From a virus, in IMG/VR virus record IMGVR_UViG_3300014613_000017, positions 63,184 to 127,183 of that record: a stretch of DNA of 64,000 bases; one strand, 5' to 3'. Below the pieces are notes generated by a model. It did no database searches, was not told where the DNA came from, and worked only from the letters and a program-made list of their open reading frames with translations. The translations under genes were made by a program, and so were the position numbers. Positions 51,672 through 61,564 of this stretch are shown here, piece after piece (position 1 is the stretch's first letter; each line of letters begins with the position of its first letter).

Positions 51672-53579
51672 ATGTTTAGTAATGAATACTTATTAAAAGT
51701 GGATTTGAAACTAAAATATTCAACCACTACACCAGTATTTGTGCAATATGACAGTGCTGCATTACTGTTTATGATTTTCGATAATGGTAAAGCTGTTGAC
51801 CTAACTGGATATACAAGTGTCGAAGTTTCACATAAAAGACCAGATGGATTAACCATTGTTGGGATTGGCTCAGTCGTAAAGGACGCAAAAGGAAATGATT
51901 TAGTCCGTTATGAGTATCAAGGAAATGAGATGAACGGTCTTGGTTTTATTGAGACATCAGTTTCAGTAATTTCTAATACTAATAAGATTTCTATTCAACC
52001 ATTTAAGGTTAAGATAGTCACTGACTTACGAGACGGTGTAGTTGATCCTTCGAACCCTGAGCATGGGAAACTGCAAGAGTTGATTGTTAAAGTTGAAACT
52101 GCTACGACTAATGCAGAAACTGCTACTACGAATGCAATTACAGCAACAAATGATGCGAATACTTTAGTTGCTAATACAGAATATACCGAGGATTACAATC
52201 CACTTACAAACTATAAGAAAAATAATATCGTGACTTTCAACGGGTCATCTTATGTTGCAAAACAGGATACGGTTGACAATTCACCTCCTCTTCTTCCTGA
52301 AACAACTAATGATTTTTGGGGATTAGCAGGTCGCAAAGGCGCAGATGGGACAGGGACAGTTTTTGTTCATCGGAATATCTTTATTGCTACAGAAGGTCAG
52401 ACATTATTCACTTTGTCTAGCCCATATGACGTACTACAAAATCGAATTGAGGTAGAGGTAGGTGGAGTACCACAATTTTCACCTGACAATTTTACTGAGA
52501 CATCTTCTACTACATTCACCTTATCTGAAGGCATAACTGCTGGAACAAAGGTTATCGCAACCTATTTCAGCGAAGCCGTTGCGTTAAGAGAAGACTTAGA
52601 TACAGTGATTAATAGTCACACAACTTCTATCAATGACCATGAAACACGAATAGACACGATTGAAACAACTCCAATAACTCAAGTCAAAATGGGATTAGAT
52701 GTAGTCGCTAGTGCTACAGGTAAAGCTGTACGCTGGGACGAATTCAGCTTAAAGCACAACAATAATGGAACATTTAAGGGTATTGACCAAGCTGATATGA
52801 ATTTGGCTACATCTGCAACAGTAACCAAAAAACCTGTAAGATGGGATGAATTCTCTCTAAAACACAATAACGATGGAACATTTAAAACTAATGTTATAAC
52901 TAATGCTGATATTGGTTTGATTGCTGCTGCTGCTGCGACTGGTGATGCTATCCGATGGGATGAATTTAGTAGCAAACATAATAATGACGGTTCATTCAAA
53001 GCTGGTGTGATAACTAATAATGAAATTCACTTAGCAACAGCCCCAACCAGCACAGGTGACGCAATTAGGTGGGATGAATTTTCAATTAAACACAACAATG
53101 ATGGCACGTTTAAAACTGGAGCAGTAGGGACAGCAGACATCGCTGATATTTCTATTAATAATGCTAAAGTGAGCAATACTGCTGCAATTGTTGCATCAAA
53201 ATTGGCGATTCAAAAATTGTATAAGAAATCCCCTGCTCCTGTCGTAAGTGCAACAGCAGATACTTTTGGAACAGCTATTGATTTAATTCCAGCAACAGGA
53301 TATATCTCGCTAGTTCCTCAACTGTTTGATGTCGTATTTGGTGGAACATTTGGAACAGAAACAGTAACAGTAGAAATTACAGTAACTTTCAGTGACGCAA
53401 CGACTGCGACTGTTACAAAAACTGCCACTGCGATTGGAAACGGTACATTAACGAGCAGTGAATTAATGGCACTAATTAAAGACGATGTTTACATTAATAA
53501 AATTTCTGTGAAATCTAAATCATCAATTGCATCTTCTACAGCAACTACAAGCTTAAACCACTTTGGATTCTACTTATAA
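51672..53579 (+). CDS. BppU-domain baseplate/tail fibre protein with four internal RWDEFSxKHNNxGxFK repeats
   Basis: BppU-like N-terminus (FVQYDSA...GKAVDLTG); YNPLTNYKKNNIVTFNGSSY carbohydrate-binding-like motif. Confidence 0.7.
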   Translation: MFSNEYLLKVDLKLKYSTTTPVFVQYDSAALLFMIFDNGKAVDLTGYTSVEVSHKRPDGLTIVGIGSVVKDAKGNDLVRYEYQGNEMNGLGFIETSVSVISNTNKISIQPFKVKIVTDLRDGVVDPSNPEHGKLQELIVKVETATTNAETATTNAITATNDANTLVANTEYTEDYNPLTNYKKNNIVTFNGSSYVAKQDTVDNSPPLLPETTNDFWGLAGRKGADGTGTVFVHRNIFIATEGQTLFTLSSPYDVLQNRIEVEVGGVPQFSPDNFTETSSTTFTLSEGITAGTKVIATYFSEAVALREDLDTVINSHTTSINDHETRIDTIETTPITQVKMGLDVVASATGKAVRWDEFSLKHNNNGTFKGIDQADMNLATSATVTKKPVRWDEFSLKHNNDGTFKTNVITNADIGLIAAAAATGDAIRWDEFSSKHNNDGSFKAGVITNNEIHLATAPTSTGDAIRWDEFSIKHNNDGTFKTGAVGTADIADISINNAKVSNTAAIVASKLAIQKLYKKSPAPVVSATADTFGTAIDLIPATGYISLVPQLFDVVFGGTFGTETVTVEITVTFSDATTATVTKTATAIGNGTLTSSELMALIKDDVYINKISVKSKSSIASSTATTSLNHFGFYL

Positions 53580-53650
53580 TCCAATTGATATAAAGAATAA
53601 AATATAACTTTTATTAAATAGTGTTTCGAAAGATACAAAGGAGTGAAATT

Positions 53651-55189
53651 ATGACACTAAGAAAAATAGATGAGAACATGATTGATCCGAATTTCGTACA
53701 AAAAGTGGACGATAGTATCGCACAGTTGGCAGAAACGACACCTAAAATAATTAACACCACAATGACACAAAGTGAAATACAAACAGCTATCAACACATAT
53801 AAACGTCTAAAGTTTTTAGCTGGCATATATCCACTAACCCTAACAAACGGTCTAGGCTTAACCATTCCATCAAATCGAGAAATTGAATTTGAAGAGGGCG
53901 CGGAGCTGAAAGCCAACGGAACTGACCTTTCTTCCTATCACATCGTGCGGGTACAGGGAGTGCAAAACGTGAAGCTCGTTAAACCGAAAATCGTTGGAGA
54001 GCGTGCTACACACATCGGTACGACTGGAGAATGGGGTTTCGGCATTGCAGTTGATAATGCAAAAAATATTACGCTTATTCAACCGAAATGTTCGGATTGT
54101 TGGGGGGATGGGATTTATTTAGGGGATTTGAATGAAAATATAACGATTGACCGTCCAATTTGTGATAATAACCGCAGACAGGGAATTTCTGTTATTGCTT
54201 GTAAAACACTCACAATCATTGACCCAATATTAAAAAATACAAACGGGACAAATCCACAATCAGGAATTGATTTTGAACCCAATCTCGGTACATCTGGTTT
54301 AGAAAATATCCGCCTTATTAATCCGTATACGGAAAATAACGTAGGTATGGGCGTATTATTCACATTAGCCGCATTGAGTAATACAGATAAAATTATTGAC
54401 ATCACTGTTGAGAACCATAAAGACGTTGGTAGCGGAAATGGTTTATATATAGGTGCTTGCGATAATTTAAAAGGCGCAATAACTATAAACAATCCCAAGT
54501 GGATTAATAACGACTTTATCGCATTGAAAGCTAGGGATTACACCTCAACAGCACCTTTAGTCCATATCAAATCACCTACTATCATTAATCCTCATAGGTT
54601 AACAGTAGTCGGAGAATTAGCGGACCCTAGATATGGTTCGGTCATATCACTATATCGAGAAGGTAGCGATAGCATTGTAAATTCGTTAGGTGGTTTGGTA
54701 TTAGACGATATAAGTATTCAAAACACTGACATTAACACTTACGCTAACATTGCAGTGCATGATGCACTAACAACGAAAAAAGTTAATAACATGTTTGTTC
54801 GAAATCCTATTAGACTTGGACTATCTCCAAGAAATGTTTACTCAAATGTAGGTGTGATGAAAGTTAAAGAGTATGACATTAAAAATATTCTTAGTGCTGA
54901 TGTATCAGTTACTGGGACAGATGTGATTAGGCACTACACTAATTTAGGTGCTACTGGTTTGCTTAAAGTGACCTTACAAGAAGCCACTCCTATTGGTTGT
55001 AAAGTTACTATTCAAATTGAATCAGCACAATCAATAGAACTGAATCCCTACTTACAATCAGTGGAAGGATTATCAGCGTCACCACAACGAATATCGTCCA
55101 ATGCGATTGGTAGTAAACTAGTTATCGAAAAAGTAACGGCTACTCTTTGGACAGTAGTAAGTAAGACGGGGACGTGGACTGTAGCGTAG
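53651..55189 (+). CDS. right-handed beta-helix (pectate-lyase fold) tail spike / depolymerase
   Basis: WGDGIYL, NNRRQGISV, GIDFEPN motifs; ATG 53651 after RBS GGAG. Confidence 0.8.
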   Translation: MTLRKIDENMIDPNFVQKVDDSIAQLAETTPKIINTTMTQSEIQTAINTYKRLKFLAGIYPLTLTNGLGLTIPSNREIEFEEGAELKANGTDLSSYHIVRVQGVQNVKLVKPKIVGERATHIGTTGEWGFGIAVDNAKNITLIQPKCSDCWGDGIYLGDLNENITIDRPICDNNRRQGISVIACKTLTIIDPILKNTNGTNPQSGIDFEPNLGTSGLENIRLINPYTENNVGMGVLFTLAALSNTDKIIDITVENHKDVGSGNGLYIGACDNLKGAITINNPKWINNDFIALKARDYTSTAPLVHIKSPTIINPHRLTVVGELADPRYGSVISLYREGSDSIVNSLGGLVLDDISIQNTDINTYANIAVHDALTTKKVNNMFVRNPIRLGLSPRNVYSNVGVMKVKEYDIKNILSADVSVTGTDVIRHYTNLGATGLLKVTLQEATPIGCKVTIQIESAQSIELNPYLQSVEGLSASPQRISSNAIGSKLVIEKVTATLWTVVSKTGTWTVA

Positions 55190-55225
55190 GATGATACGGT
55201 GCGGTAAAACACATTAATACACACT

Positions 55226-55260
55226 AGGGCAATTCCTTTATTGGAGTTGCCCAATTTTTT
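55226..55260 (+). terminator. intrinsic terminator ending the late operon
   Basis: GGGCAATTCC...GGAGTTGCCC followed by T-run. Confidence 0.7.
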
Positions 55261-55310
55261 TGTGTCTAATTTTATTAAAATAATAAATTATAAGTTTTTT
55301 ACATAGATTG

Positions 55311-55339
55311 TTGACTAATTTGTCGAATCATATTAGAAT
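55311..55339 (+). promoter_or_regulatory. sigmaA promoter TTGACT-17-TAGAAT with Spo0A box TGTCGAA (55321-55327) in the spacer
   Basis: Direct sequence match. Confidence 0.6.
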
Positions 55340-55373
55340 CAATTTAAGAACAAAAATATAACATTAGGAGGCT

Positions 55374-56369
55374 ATGAAAATGGCTAATGACGCAAGTAGA
55401 TTAGAAAGTGATTTAAAGACAATCGTGACCACAATCTGTCCAGACATTTTACAAGACACCCTTGCCCTTAGATTGGAAGAAGTATTGTACCGCTATCATA
55501 TTGAACATCGTGCTTCACAAAACTTAGAGGATGACTTAAATGATAAAATAAGTTTATTCCTCTCATCGAAAAAGTTAGAAGGACTCAGTGAAACTACACT
55601 AACTGATTATCAAATGGAACTTAGGCTGTTTAGCAGGCATGTGTCTAAAGCTGTGGTAATGATTCAAACTCCAGATATTCGTCACTACTTAGCATCATTA
55701 GAGAATATCGAGACATCTACAATGGGGAAGAAGTTGACAGTGTTGAAGAGTTTCTTTGGATGGATGGTGAGAGAAGAAATCCTGTTACGTGATCCAACAG
55801 TAAAGATTAAGTCACCTAAGAAAAAGAAACGCTTACCAAAAGGTTTAACAGTTGAGTAACTATGTCTTGTTCGTGAAATGTGTAAAACTAAAAGAGAGAG
55901 AGCGTTGGTTGAAGTGTTCTACTCAACAGGATGTCGATTGTCTGAATTAGCGTCTATGAATGTCGATATGATTAATTATCAAGAAATGAGCACTACGGTA
56001 ATAGGGAAGGGAAATAAGGAAAGAAAGGTATATCTAACTTTTACTGCACTATTCCATTTAAACAATTATCTCAATGACCGCACAGATGATTGTGGGGCGG
56101 TATTTATCACACAGAGAAAACCATTTAGACGAATGAGCAACAAAGCGATACAAGATGAGATTCACCATATTGAACAGCGAGTTGGACTTAAAAACAAGAA
56201 GTTGCATCCGCATATTTTCAGACACACTCTTGGACAAACCATGTTAGACAATGGAGCAAAACTTGAAGAGGTGCAGCATGTGCTTGGGCATGAGTCAATT
56301 AGTACAACGAACGTGTACGCACAGGTTTCAGAAGAAAGAAAACAACAAGCACATAAACGTTATGCTTAA
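55374..56369 (+). pseudogene. XerD-like tyrosine recombinase split by a single in-frame TAA at 55857-55859
   Basis: ORFs 55374-55859 and 55878-56369 are in the same frame: ...KGLTVE*LCLVREMCKT...; STGCRLSE, HIFRH, LGH, Y intact. Confidence 0.85.
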
Positions 56370-56559
56370 TTAATAAATTATAATATAAATATAAATAGAG
56401 TGACAGAAACGTCACTCCATACATAGAAAACTACTCATCTAATTAATAACCGAATAAAATTGTTCTTTTATGTGGTATTTATGTTAATTATTTGATATTA
56501 TTATGTGTATTTTAGTATTAAATATCAGATTTGTATTATAAATTTATGCTAGTTTTAGA

Positions 56560-57453
56560 CTATTGTTTATTTACAACCTCAATTAATTTTTTCAGCACAC
56601 TTACATAGTTTTCGTGGTACAACGCTAAACCTTTAACCCCCATTTCTTTTGTTAGTCGATTAACAAATTCAATTCTCTTTTCATCTTCAGTTACAAATAG
56701 TAAAAGAGGGAACATATGCTGACTAAAATATTTCTGCCACTCTTCATCCTTCCATAAACTTGATGATTTATATCTCTTATATTTCACAATCTTTTCTCTG
56801 ATTATCCTCGGCTCTTTTTCACGCAGCCCTTCTGATCCAGTATCGTATTCAATAAAGACGGCTAAATATTTCTCTCCTATTTTTAGTATCACTAGCACAT
56901 CAGGTATTAATGCAATTCTTTCCTCATTATATGAAAATACTTTTGGCTGCTCTAATTGCCACATTGAGATTTCATATCCACACTGCTCACAAAATGATAT
57001 GGTTTCAACTTCGACTTGATTAATACCATTGATGTGTTTGAAGCTACTTGGAAGGTTTCTTCTTACATAATATTGTCCTTTCATAGTAGTCCTCTTGTGA
57101 ATTATTCTTCTCTTATGTGGTTTACCTAAAATCAATGATCCTGCTTTATCTAATGCAAGTATAGCTGGATTGCTTCCTTTACCTAATTCTTGTTGTTCAT
57201 GCACCTTGTCAAATATCATTTTCTTGTACATCTTCTTAATGGAACGATTCAAGAGGACAGTGCGATTATTTCCCAGCTTACGAAAGGATGGACTGATTAT
57301 TTCTAAATGGTCACGCCTAACAAGTTTTCGGTCATATACGATTTGCAACAGCTCTTTTTCTCTATTGGTTAGTTTGCAATTTATCTTTATCCAGTCCAGT
57401 GTTACTTTTTGGATTTCTTCTCGTTCATACCAGCCTTCTCTAACTCTGCCCAC
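56560..57453 (-). CDS. replication-relaxation (Replic_Relax) family protein
   Basis: LTNREKELL wHTH, KHINGIN, LIPD...IEYDTGSE, PLLLFVT motifs. Confidence 0.75.
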   Translation of the reverse strand: MGRVREGWYEREEIQKVTLDWIKINCKLTNREKELLQIVYDRKLVRRDHLEIISPSFRKLGNNRTVLLNRSIKKMYKKMIFDKVHEQQELGKGSNPAILALDKAGSLILGKPHKRRIIHKRTTMKGQYYVRRNLPSSFKHINGINQVEVETISFCEQCGYEISMWQLEQPKVFSYNEERIALIPDVLVILKIGEKYLAVFIEYDTGSEGLREKEPRIIREKIVKYKRYKSSSLWKDEEWQKYFSQHMFPLLLFVTEDEKRIEFVNRLTKEMGVKGLALYHENYVSVLKKLIEVVNKQ

Positions 57454-60305
57454 TCTTCTTCACCAACTTGTTCAATCGAATGAAAGCCACTTTCAATTGA
57501 CTGTTCAATCATCTTAGAACTCCGTGCTAAGTTGTCATCTCTCACAATTTCTCTATCTACACCATATTCAGAAGCATATTCAGTTAAAAAGTTTGAATCT
57601 ACATCTCTACGTTTCTTGAAGTCCTTATTTTTATCAACACTTGGCAACATTTTAGCTTGAAATACATGGTTCTTGTTTGCCCATCTAATAGCAAATATTC
57701 CACAGTAGTCCATATCCATTAAGTTATTAAAGTCGGCTATTGTCATCGGATGTAGGAAATTATTCAAACTGCTGAATGCTTCACCTCCACCTTTAAGCAT
57801 GATCAGATTACAACCATTATCCATTATTGACTGTTTAATATCACCTTCGTATCCACGTCCTGCTTTAGCTAGGGAAGACCAACCATGAAGTGTGAACCAA
57901 TAACGTCCACTGTATTTTCTTGGCTCTTTGAATATGTCAATGAACAGTGTCGCTACAATTGGAATGTCGATAATTTGGTGTATTTCATCCATAATGATTA
58001 GTGTCTCAGGTCTGTATTCACGTCCACCAAATCCAACTTCACGAGATAATAGGACATTCCAAACTTTTGTAAAATAGTGAGCAAAGATAAATTTACGGAA
58101 TAATTGAGATACACCAGACTTGGGAATGTAGATAAGAATCATATAAGCCCCATTTTCGTCTCCATCCATCATTTGCCTGAAGTTTAATTTAACTTTTCCA
58201 TCTTCGTTTCTCATTGGCTTTTGAGCGATACAATCCCACAATTTTAAATCACGCTCTAGTTGAGAAAAGCGATTCTGAATTGTCTGCACAATTGTTTTTG
58301 TCTCATTGTTCATTGACATCTTATCGTACATTTCAATTTCAAGTTTTAAACGTTTGTTTTTGATAAAAGGAATTACCTCAAGCTGCCTAAATTCATCGTC
58401 TGTTAATACTCGCATAGCTTCGATATAACCCCAATCCTTATTAATTGCATGGATACATTGGAGTGCTGATGTAAACCATCTATCCATAGCAATTGTCTTA
58501 TCTGACTTAAGAATTTCTAATACTAATTTGGCTTCCATTTCTGCAAGAGTGTAGGAGTAGTCGTCATCTTTCATAACCTCAGTATTAAATTCATCAAGAT
58601 CAGCGTTATTTACTGCAATAGGGTTTTTAAAATTGCTATGATTAAGAACAATTACTCTGTCTTTCTGCCATTCTTGAACATGATTGTAGATATTTTTTAT
58701 CATACTTCCATCGGCAACATCAAACACAACCACTGATTTAGATTTCTTTTTCCATTCTTCCTTATCTTTAATATGAGCACCGAATGTGTACAGTGCCTGA
58801 TTTTCACTAAGGGAAGTCTTACCACTACCCATTGTTCCGAATACCATTGTAGCAGTACTACGGTCATCTAATCGCTGCTTGAATTTAGTGTAGCGACCTT
58901 TTTCAGTCCACTCATCACGAACATATCCACCAAAATGTAGTTTCTTAGGCTCTTTATCCAATGTGTGTCCGAATGGGATTGCTCCGTCATCTTCCTTGAT
59001 AAACTCCTCATCAATATCTGATCGTGTGAATCCGTCTTGAGAAATTACCTTGTATTCTTTTAACGTTTCTTTTGATGGCATTTTGATGATATTATTCATT
59101 TCCTTCTCAAAATAAACATCTGCTGGTTTACCTAAGAGTGGCTCATTTTTCTCTACTGCATGAATAATTGTCTTAATACCATCCTTTGATTTAATATTTG
59201 TCACTGTGTATCTATTATCACCATCCAGCAATGAGTACGATGTTTCAAGATTTCGGAAGGCGTGTTTGATTTTCTTTTCATCGTCCGACTGTCCAATTAT
59301 TCTAATCTGCATTTTGTACCCTTTTGTATTCGCATTGACTTTACTATCGCTGTATTTCAAGTCAAACATTGATTCCTTTTTCTCAGCCAATTCTTTTTCT
59401 GCTCCCATAATTTGACCAATCATAATGACAAACTCATCAAGAATTACATTGAACATGTCGAATACTCTTCCTAAAGCACCACCAACTGTGAGTCCATCTT
59501 CTCGAATTGCAGGTTTCCCGTTTTTCACTTGTTTGATTTTATTTGCGGCTTTTTCTTTCCATTTTTCACTAACTGGTTGAATGTTGTAGTCGATTAGAAG
59601 CTTATCGTCTTTTCCCATTGTAGAAGCAAGAGAGGATATGGAGGCAAGGAAGGAGTCATTTTGTGTTTTGTCGTGCTTTAATGAGAGTGCGTAGTGGTGT
59701 TTCAAATGCACATCCATTGCTTTAGCTTTCTCTGGATCAAAATCTACAATTCTCTCAGTCACCTCAGTAACATCAACTTGACCCCAATCTTGTCTAATTG
59801 CTGAAATGAAGTTTTTTGACCACTTAGTAGGAACTGTTAAATAAAACTTCATTTCACCATTTACAATTGCAATCTTGTATGAAACGACATCATTCATCTT
59901 AATTTTTACGCCTTTTCTGCTTATTCTTATTCGCTCAGGAGGATAGAACTTTTGAAATAGTCCATGAATTGTATTTAAAATCATGTCTGATGTGTGCTTA
60001 TTGTTGCTTCGATTGTCCTGTTCATAGTCAAGATTACGCTTTCTGAATCCGAATTCATGTTGAGCTTCTGGTGCATTATTAGGAGTTATGCAATATGTGG
60101 TCACTGGTTCACGATGTAGGGTAATAGGGAGGGTGTACTGATCATCTTTAGTTGGTATGATTTTTGGTAGTTTAGCAGGCATTTTCCATTCAAGAAGCTT
60201 CTTCTTGGTGAAACCTTCTTGTTGGTTATTATCAACTATTACAACATCTCTTGGCATACTATCCTTTGGAAATTGCCACACGATAGGTGCTGATATTGAT
60301 ACCAA
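57402..60305 (-). CDS. VirB4/VirD4/HerA-like P-loop ATPase
   Basis: Walker A GTMGSGKT, VVVFD, Walker B LIIMDEIHQ, EPRKY. Confidence 0.75.
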   Translation of the reverse strand: MVSISAPIVWQFPKDSMPRDVVIVDNNQQEGFTKKKLLEWKMPAKLPKIIPTKDDQYTLPITLHREPVTTYCITPNNAPEAQHEFGFRKRNLDYEQDNRSNNKHTSDMILNTIHGLFQKFYPPERIRISRKGVKIKMNDVVSYKIAIVNGEMKFYLTVPTKWSKNFISAIRQDWGQVDVTEVTERIVDFDPEKAKAMDVHLKHHYALSLKHDKTQNDSFLASISSLASTMGKDDKLLIDYNIQPVSEKWKEKAANKIKQVKNGKPAIREDGLTVGGALGRVFDMFNVILDEFVIMIGQIMGAEKELAEKKESMFDLKYSDSKVNANTKGYKMQIRIIGQSDDEKKIKHAFRNLETSYSLLDGDNRYTVTNIKSKDGIKTIIHAVEKNEPLLGKPADVYFEKEMNNIIKMPSKETLKEYKVISQDGFTRSDIDEEFIKEDDGAIPFGHTLDKEPKKLHFGGYVRDEWTEKGRYTKFKQRLDDRSTATMVFGTMGSGKTSLSENQALYTFGAHIKDKEEWKKKSKSVVVFDVADGSMIKNIYNHVQEWQKDRVIVLNHSNFKNPIAVNNADLDEFNTEVMKDDDYSYTLAEMEAKLVLEILKSDKTIAMDRWFTSALQCIHAINKDWGYIEAMRVLTDDEFRQLEVIPFIKNKRLKLEIEMYDKMSMNNETKTIVQTIQNRFSQLERDLKLWDCIAQKPMRNEDGKVKLNFRQMMDGDENGAYMILIYIPKSGVSQLFRKFIFAHYFTKVWNVLLSREVGFGGREYRPETLIIMDEIHQIIDIPIVATLFIDIFKEPRKYSGRYWFTLHGWSSLAKAGRGYEGDIKQSIMDNGCNLIMLKGGGEAFSSLNNFLHPMTIADFNNLMDMDYCGIFAIRWANKNHVFQAKMLPSVDKNKDFKKRRDVDSNFLTEYASEYGVDREIVRDDNLARSSKMIEQSIESGFHSIEQVGEEEWAELEKAGMNEKKSKK

Positions 60306-60458
60306 TTAGTTCACCTTCCGTTCATTAGCGACTGATGTTTTGTAGTCTGAGAAGTATCTCATTCCTGCTTTAGCTAAATAAACACCAGCTACTCCATAGC
60401 CACCTTTAACCAATACACTAATCGCAAATCCAACCTTTGCTAACAATACATATTCCAC
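60306..60458 (-). CDS. small membrane peptide (50 aa, GTG start)
   Basis: VEYVLLAKVGFAISVLVKGGYGVAGVYLAK...; RBS AGGAG; not in ORF track. Confidence 0.6.
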   Translation of the reverse strand: MEYVLLAKVGFAISVLVKGGYGVAGVYLAKAGMRYFSDYKTSVANERKVN

Positions 60459-60484
60459 ATCAATCTCTCCTTTAATTTAATTGG

Positions 60485-60901
60485 TCATCTAATCATCCAA
60501 AAGAAAATTCTTGATATTGAGTAAAAGAATACTAGGGGAATAATCCATTTCGTGTATTTGTGTCTGCCCACCATGAATGTTCCTACAATTAATACTAAGG
60601 CTGGTAGCAAGAAGAATAAGTCTGCATTCCCAAGAACAAATATTCCGATGGCGTGTGCTATTTCCTTTAATGATTCACCTAACACTTGAGAAAATGGCTT
60701 ATCGTACAATGCCATCCAAAATCCTTCAGCTTTCCATTCAGCTATAAACCCCATGAAATCCCGTGTGCTTTCAACAAGCCCAACTTCTTTCTCTTCGATT
60801 CCCCATTCTCTTCCTTGTCCTGTTGAGATTTGGTTGCTCATAAGAAGAGAAGAGGAAGAAGTCTTTATAGGTTCAGGAAAGTTTTTCCAAACTATATCCA
60901 T
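60485..60901 (-). CDS. membrane protein
   Basis: Two C-terminal hydrophobic helices; RBS AAGGAG. Confidence 0.7.
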   Translation of the reverse strand: MDIVWKNFPEPIKTSSSSLLMSNQISTGQGREWGIEEKEVGLVESTRDFMGFIAEWKAEGFWMALYDKPFSQVLGESLKEIAHAIGIFVLGNADLFFLLPALVLIVGTFMVGRHKYTKWIIPLVFFYSISRIFFWMIR

Positions 60902-60926
60902 GTTTATTAGCTCCTTCTTATAATAA

Positions 60927-61415
60927 TCAGCCTAACTCTTGAGTCATTTTGCGACCAACCTCATCAACTAATTTCACAAAGAATGGAATTAAGTGGAATA
61001 ATAACAACCACTTCGCATGAACTACAAGAGCACTCATTCCACCTGATCCAGAGCTTGATCCTGAGCCACCTCGATTTTCTTGGTAGAATGCTTGAGCTAC
61101 CTTAATTGCGACAAAAACATTAGCGATATCCAGAAACCATGGGTAAATGTATTGCATGAATATTTCCCAAAACATTCCGTTTTCAGGGTTAATCCCTTTT
61201 AGTCCAGCAGTTGCAGCTACTATTCCAACTCCTAATGAACTTCGTGCATAAACGCCTTTTTTAGATTCTGTTGGACTTGGCATCATTGGCACATCCATTA
61301 TGTTCCGTTTCGGTTTAGTTGCCAAATTGTCATTCGGCATTTTCCATGTATATGAAGCAACTTTCGCTGACTGATCGACTTGAACCATCTTACCGTTAAT
61401 TAATTGAAACACCAT
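60927..61415 (-). CDS. membrane protein, possibly VirB2/pilin-like
   Basis: Hydrophobic helices separated by a G/S linker; first gene of the operon. Confidence 0.55.
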   Translation of the reverse strand: MVFQLINGKMVQVDQSAKVASYTWKMPNDNLATKPKRNIMDVPMMPSPTESKKGVYARSSLGVGIVAATAGLKGINPENGMFWEIFMQYIYPWFLDIANVFVAIKVAQAFYQENRGGSGSSSGSGGMSALVVHAKWLLLFHLIPFFVKLVDEVGRKMTQELG

Positions 61416-61564
61416 TTTCGGCTCACTCCTTTTATAAATATAAAGTTAGCAAATCTGAAATTCTTCAAACCCTTGATATATAAGGCTTTCAAGCTTTTTA
61501 ACCCTTTTAACTTATAAGTTAAACACACCGTTGAACACTTTTGACATGGAGATAGTTAGGATTA

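Noticed and set aside
52720-53130. Diversity-generating retroelement TR/VR pair or CRISPR-like array
   Set aside because: The repeats are in-frame protein repeats with synonymous divergence, not adenine-specific variation; no reverse transcriptase or cas genes, and no constant-length repeat-spacer array anywhere in the window.
988-55254. Many short opposite-strand ORFs in the track (e.g. 988-1284, 24248-24610, 37571-38050, 39296-39796, 45033-45377, 51071-51628, 52679-52999, 54115-54498)
   Set aside because: They are antisense shadows of long genuine genes, with no RBS and low-information composition.
55346-55362. LexA/DinR SOS box upstream of the second recombinase (AGAAC...)
   Set aside because: The right half-site GTTC is missing.
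55857-55859. Stop-codon reassignment (alternative genetic code) suggested by the in-frame TAA
   Set aside because: All other long genes are intact under code 11 and many end in TAA, so this is an isolated lesion.
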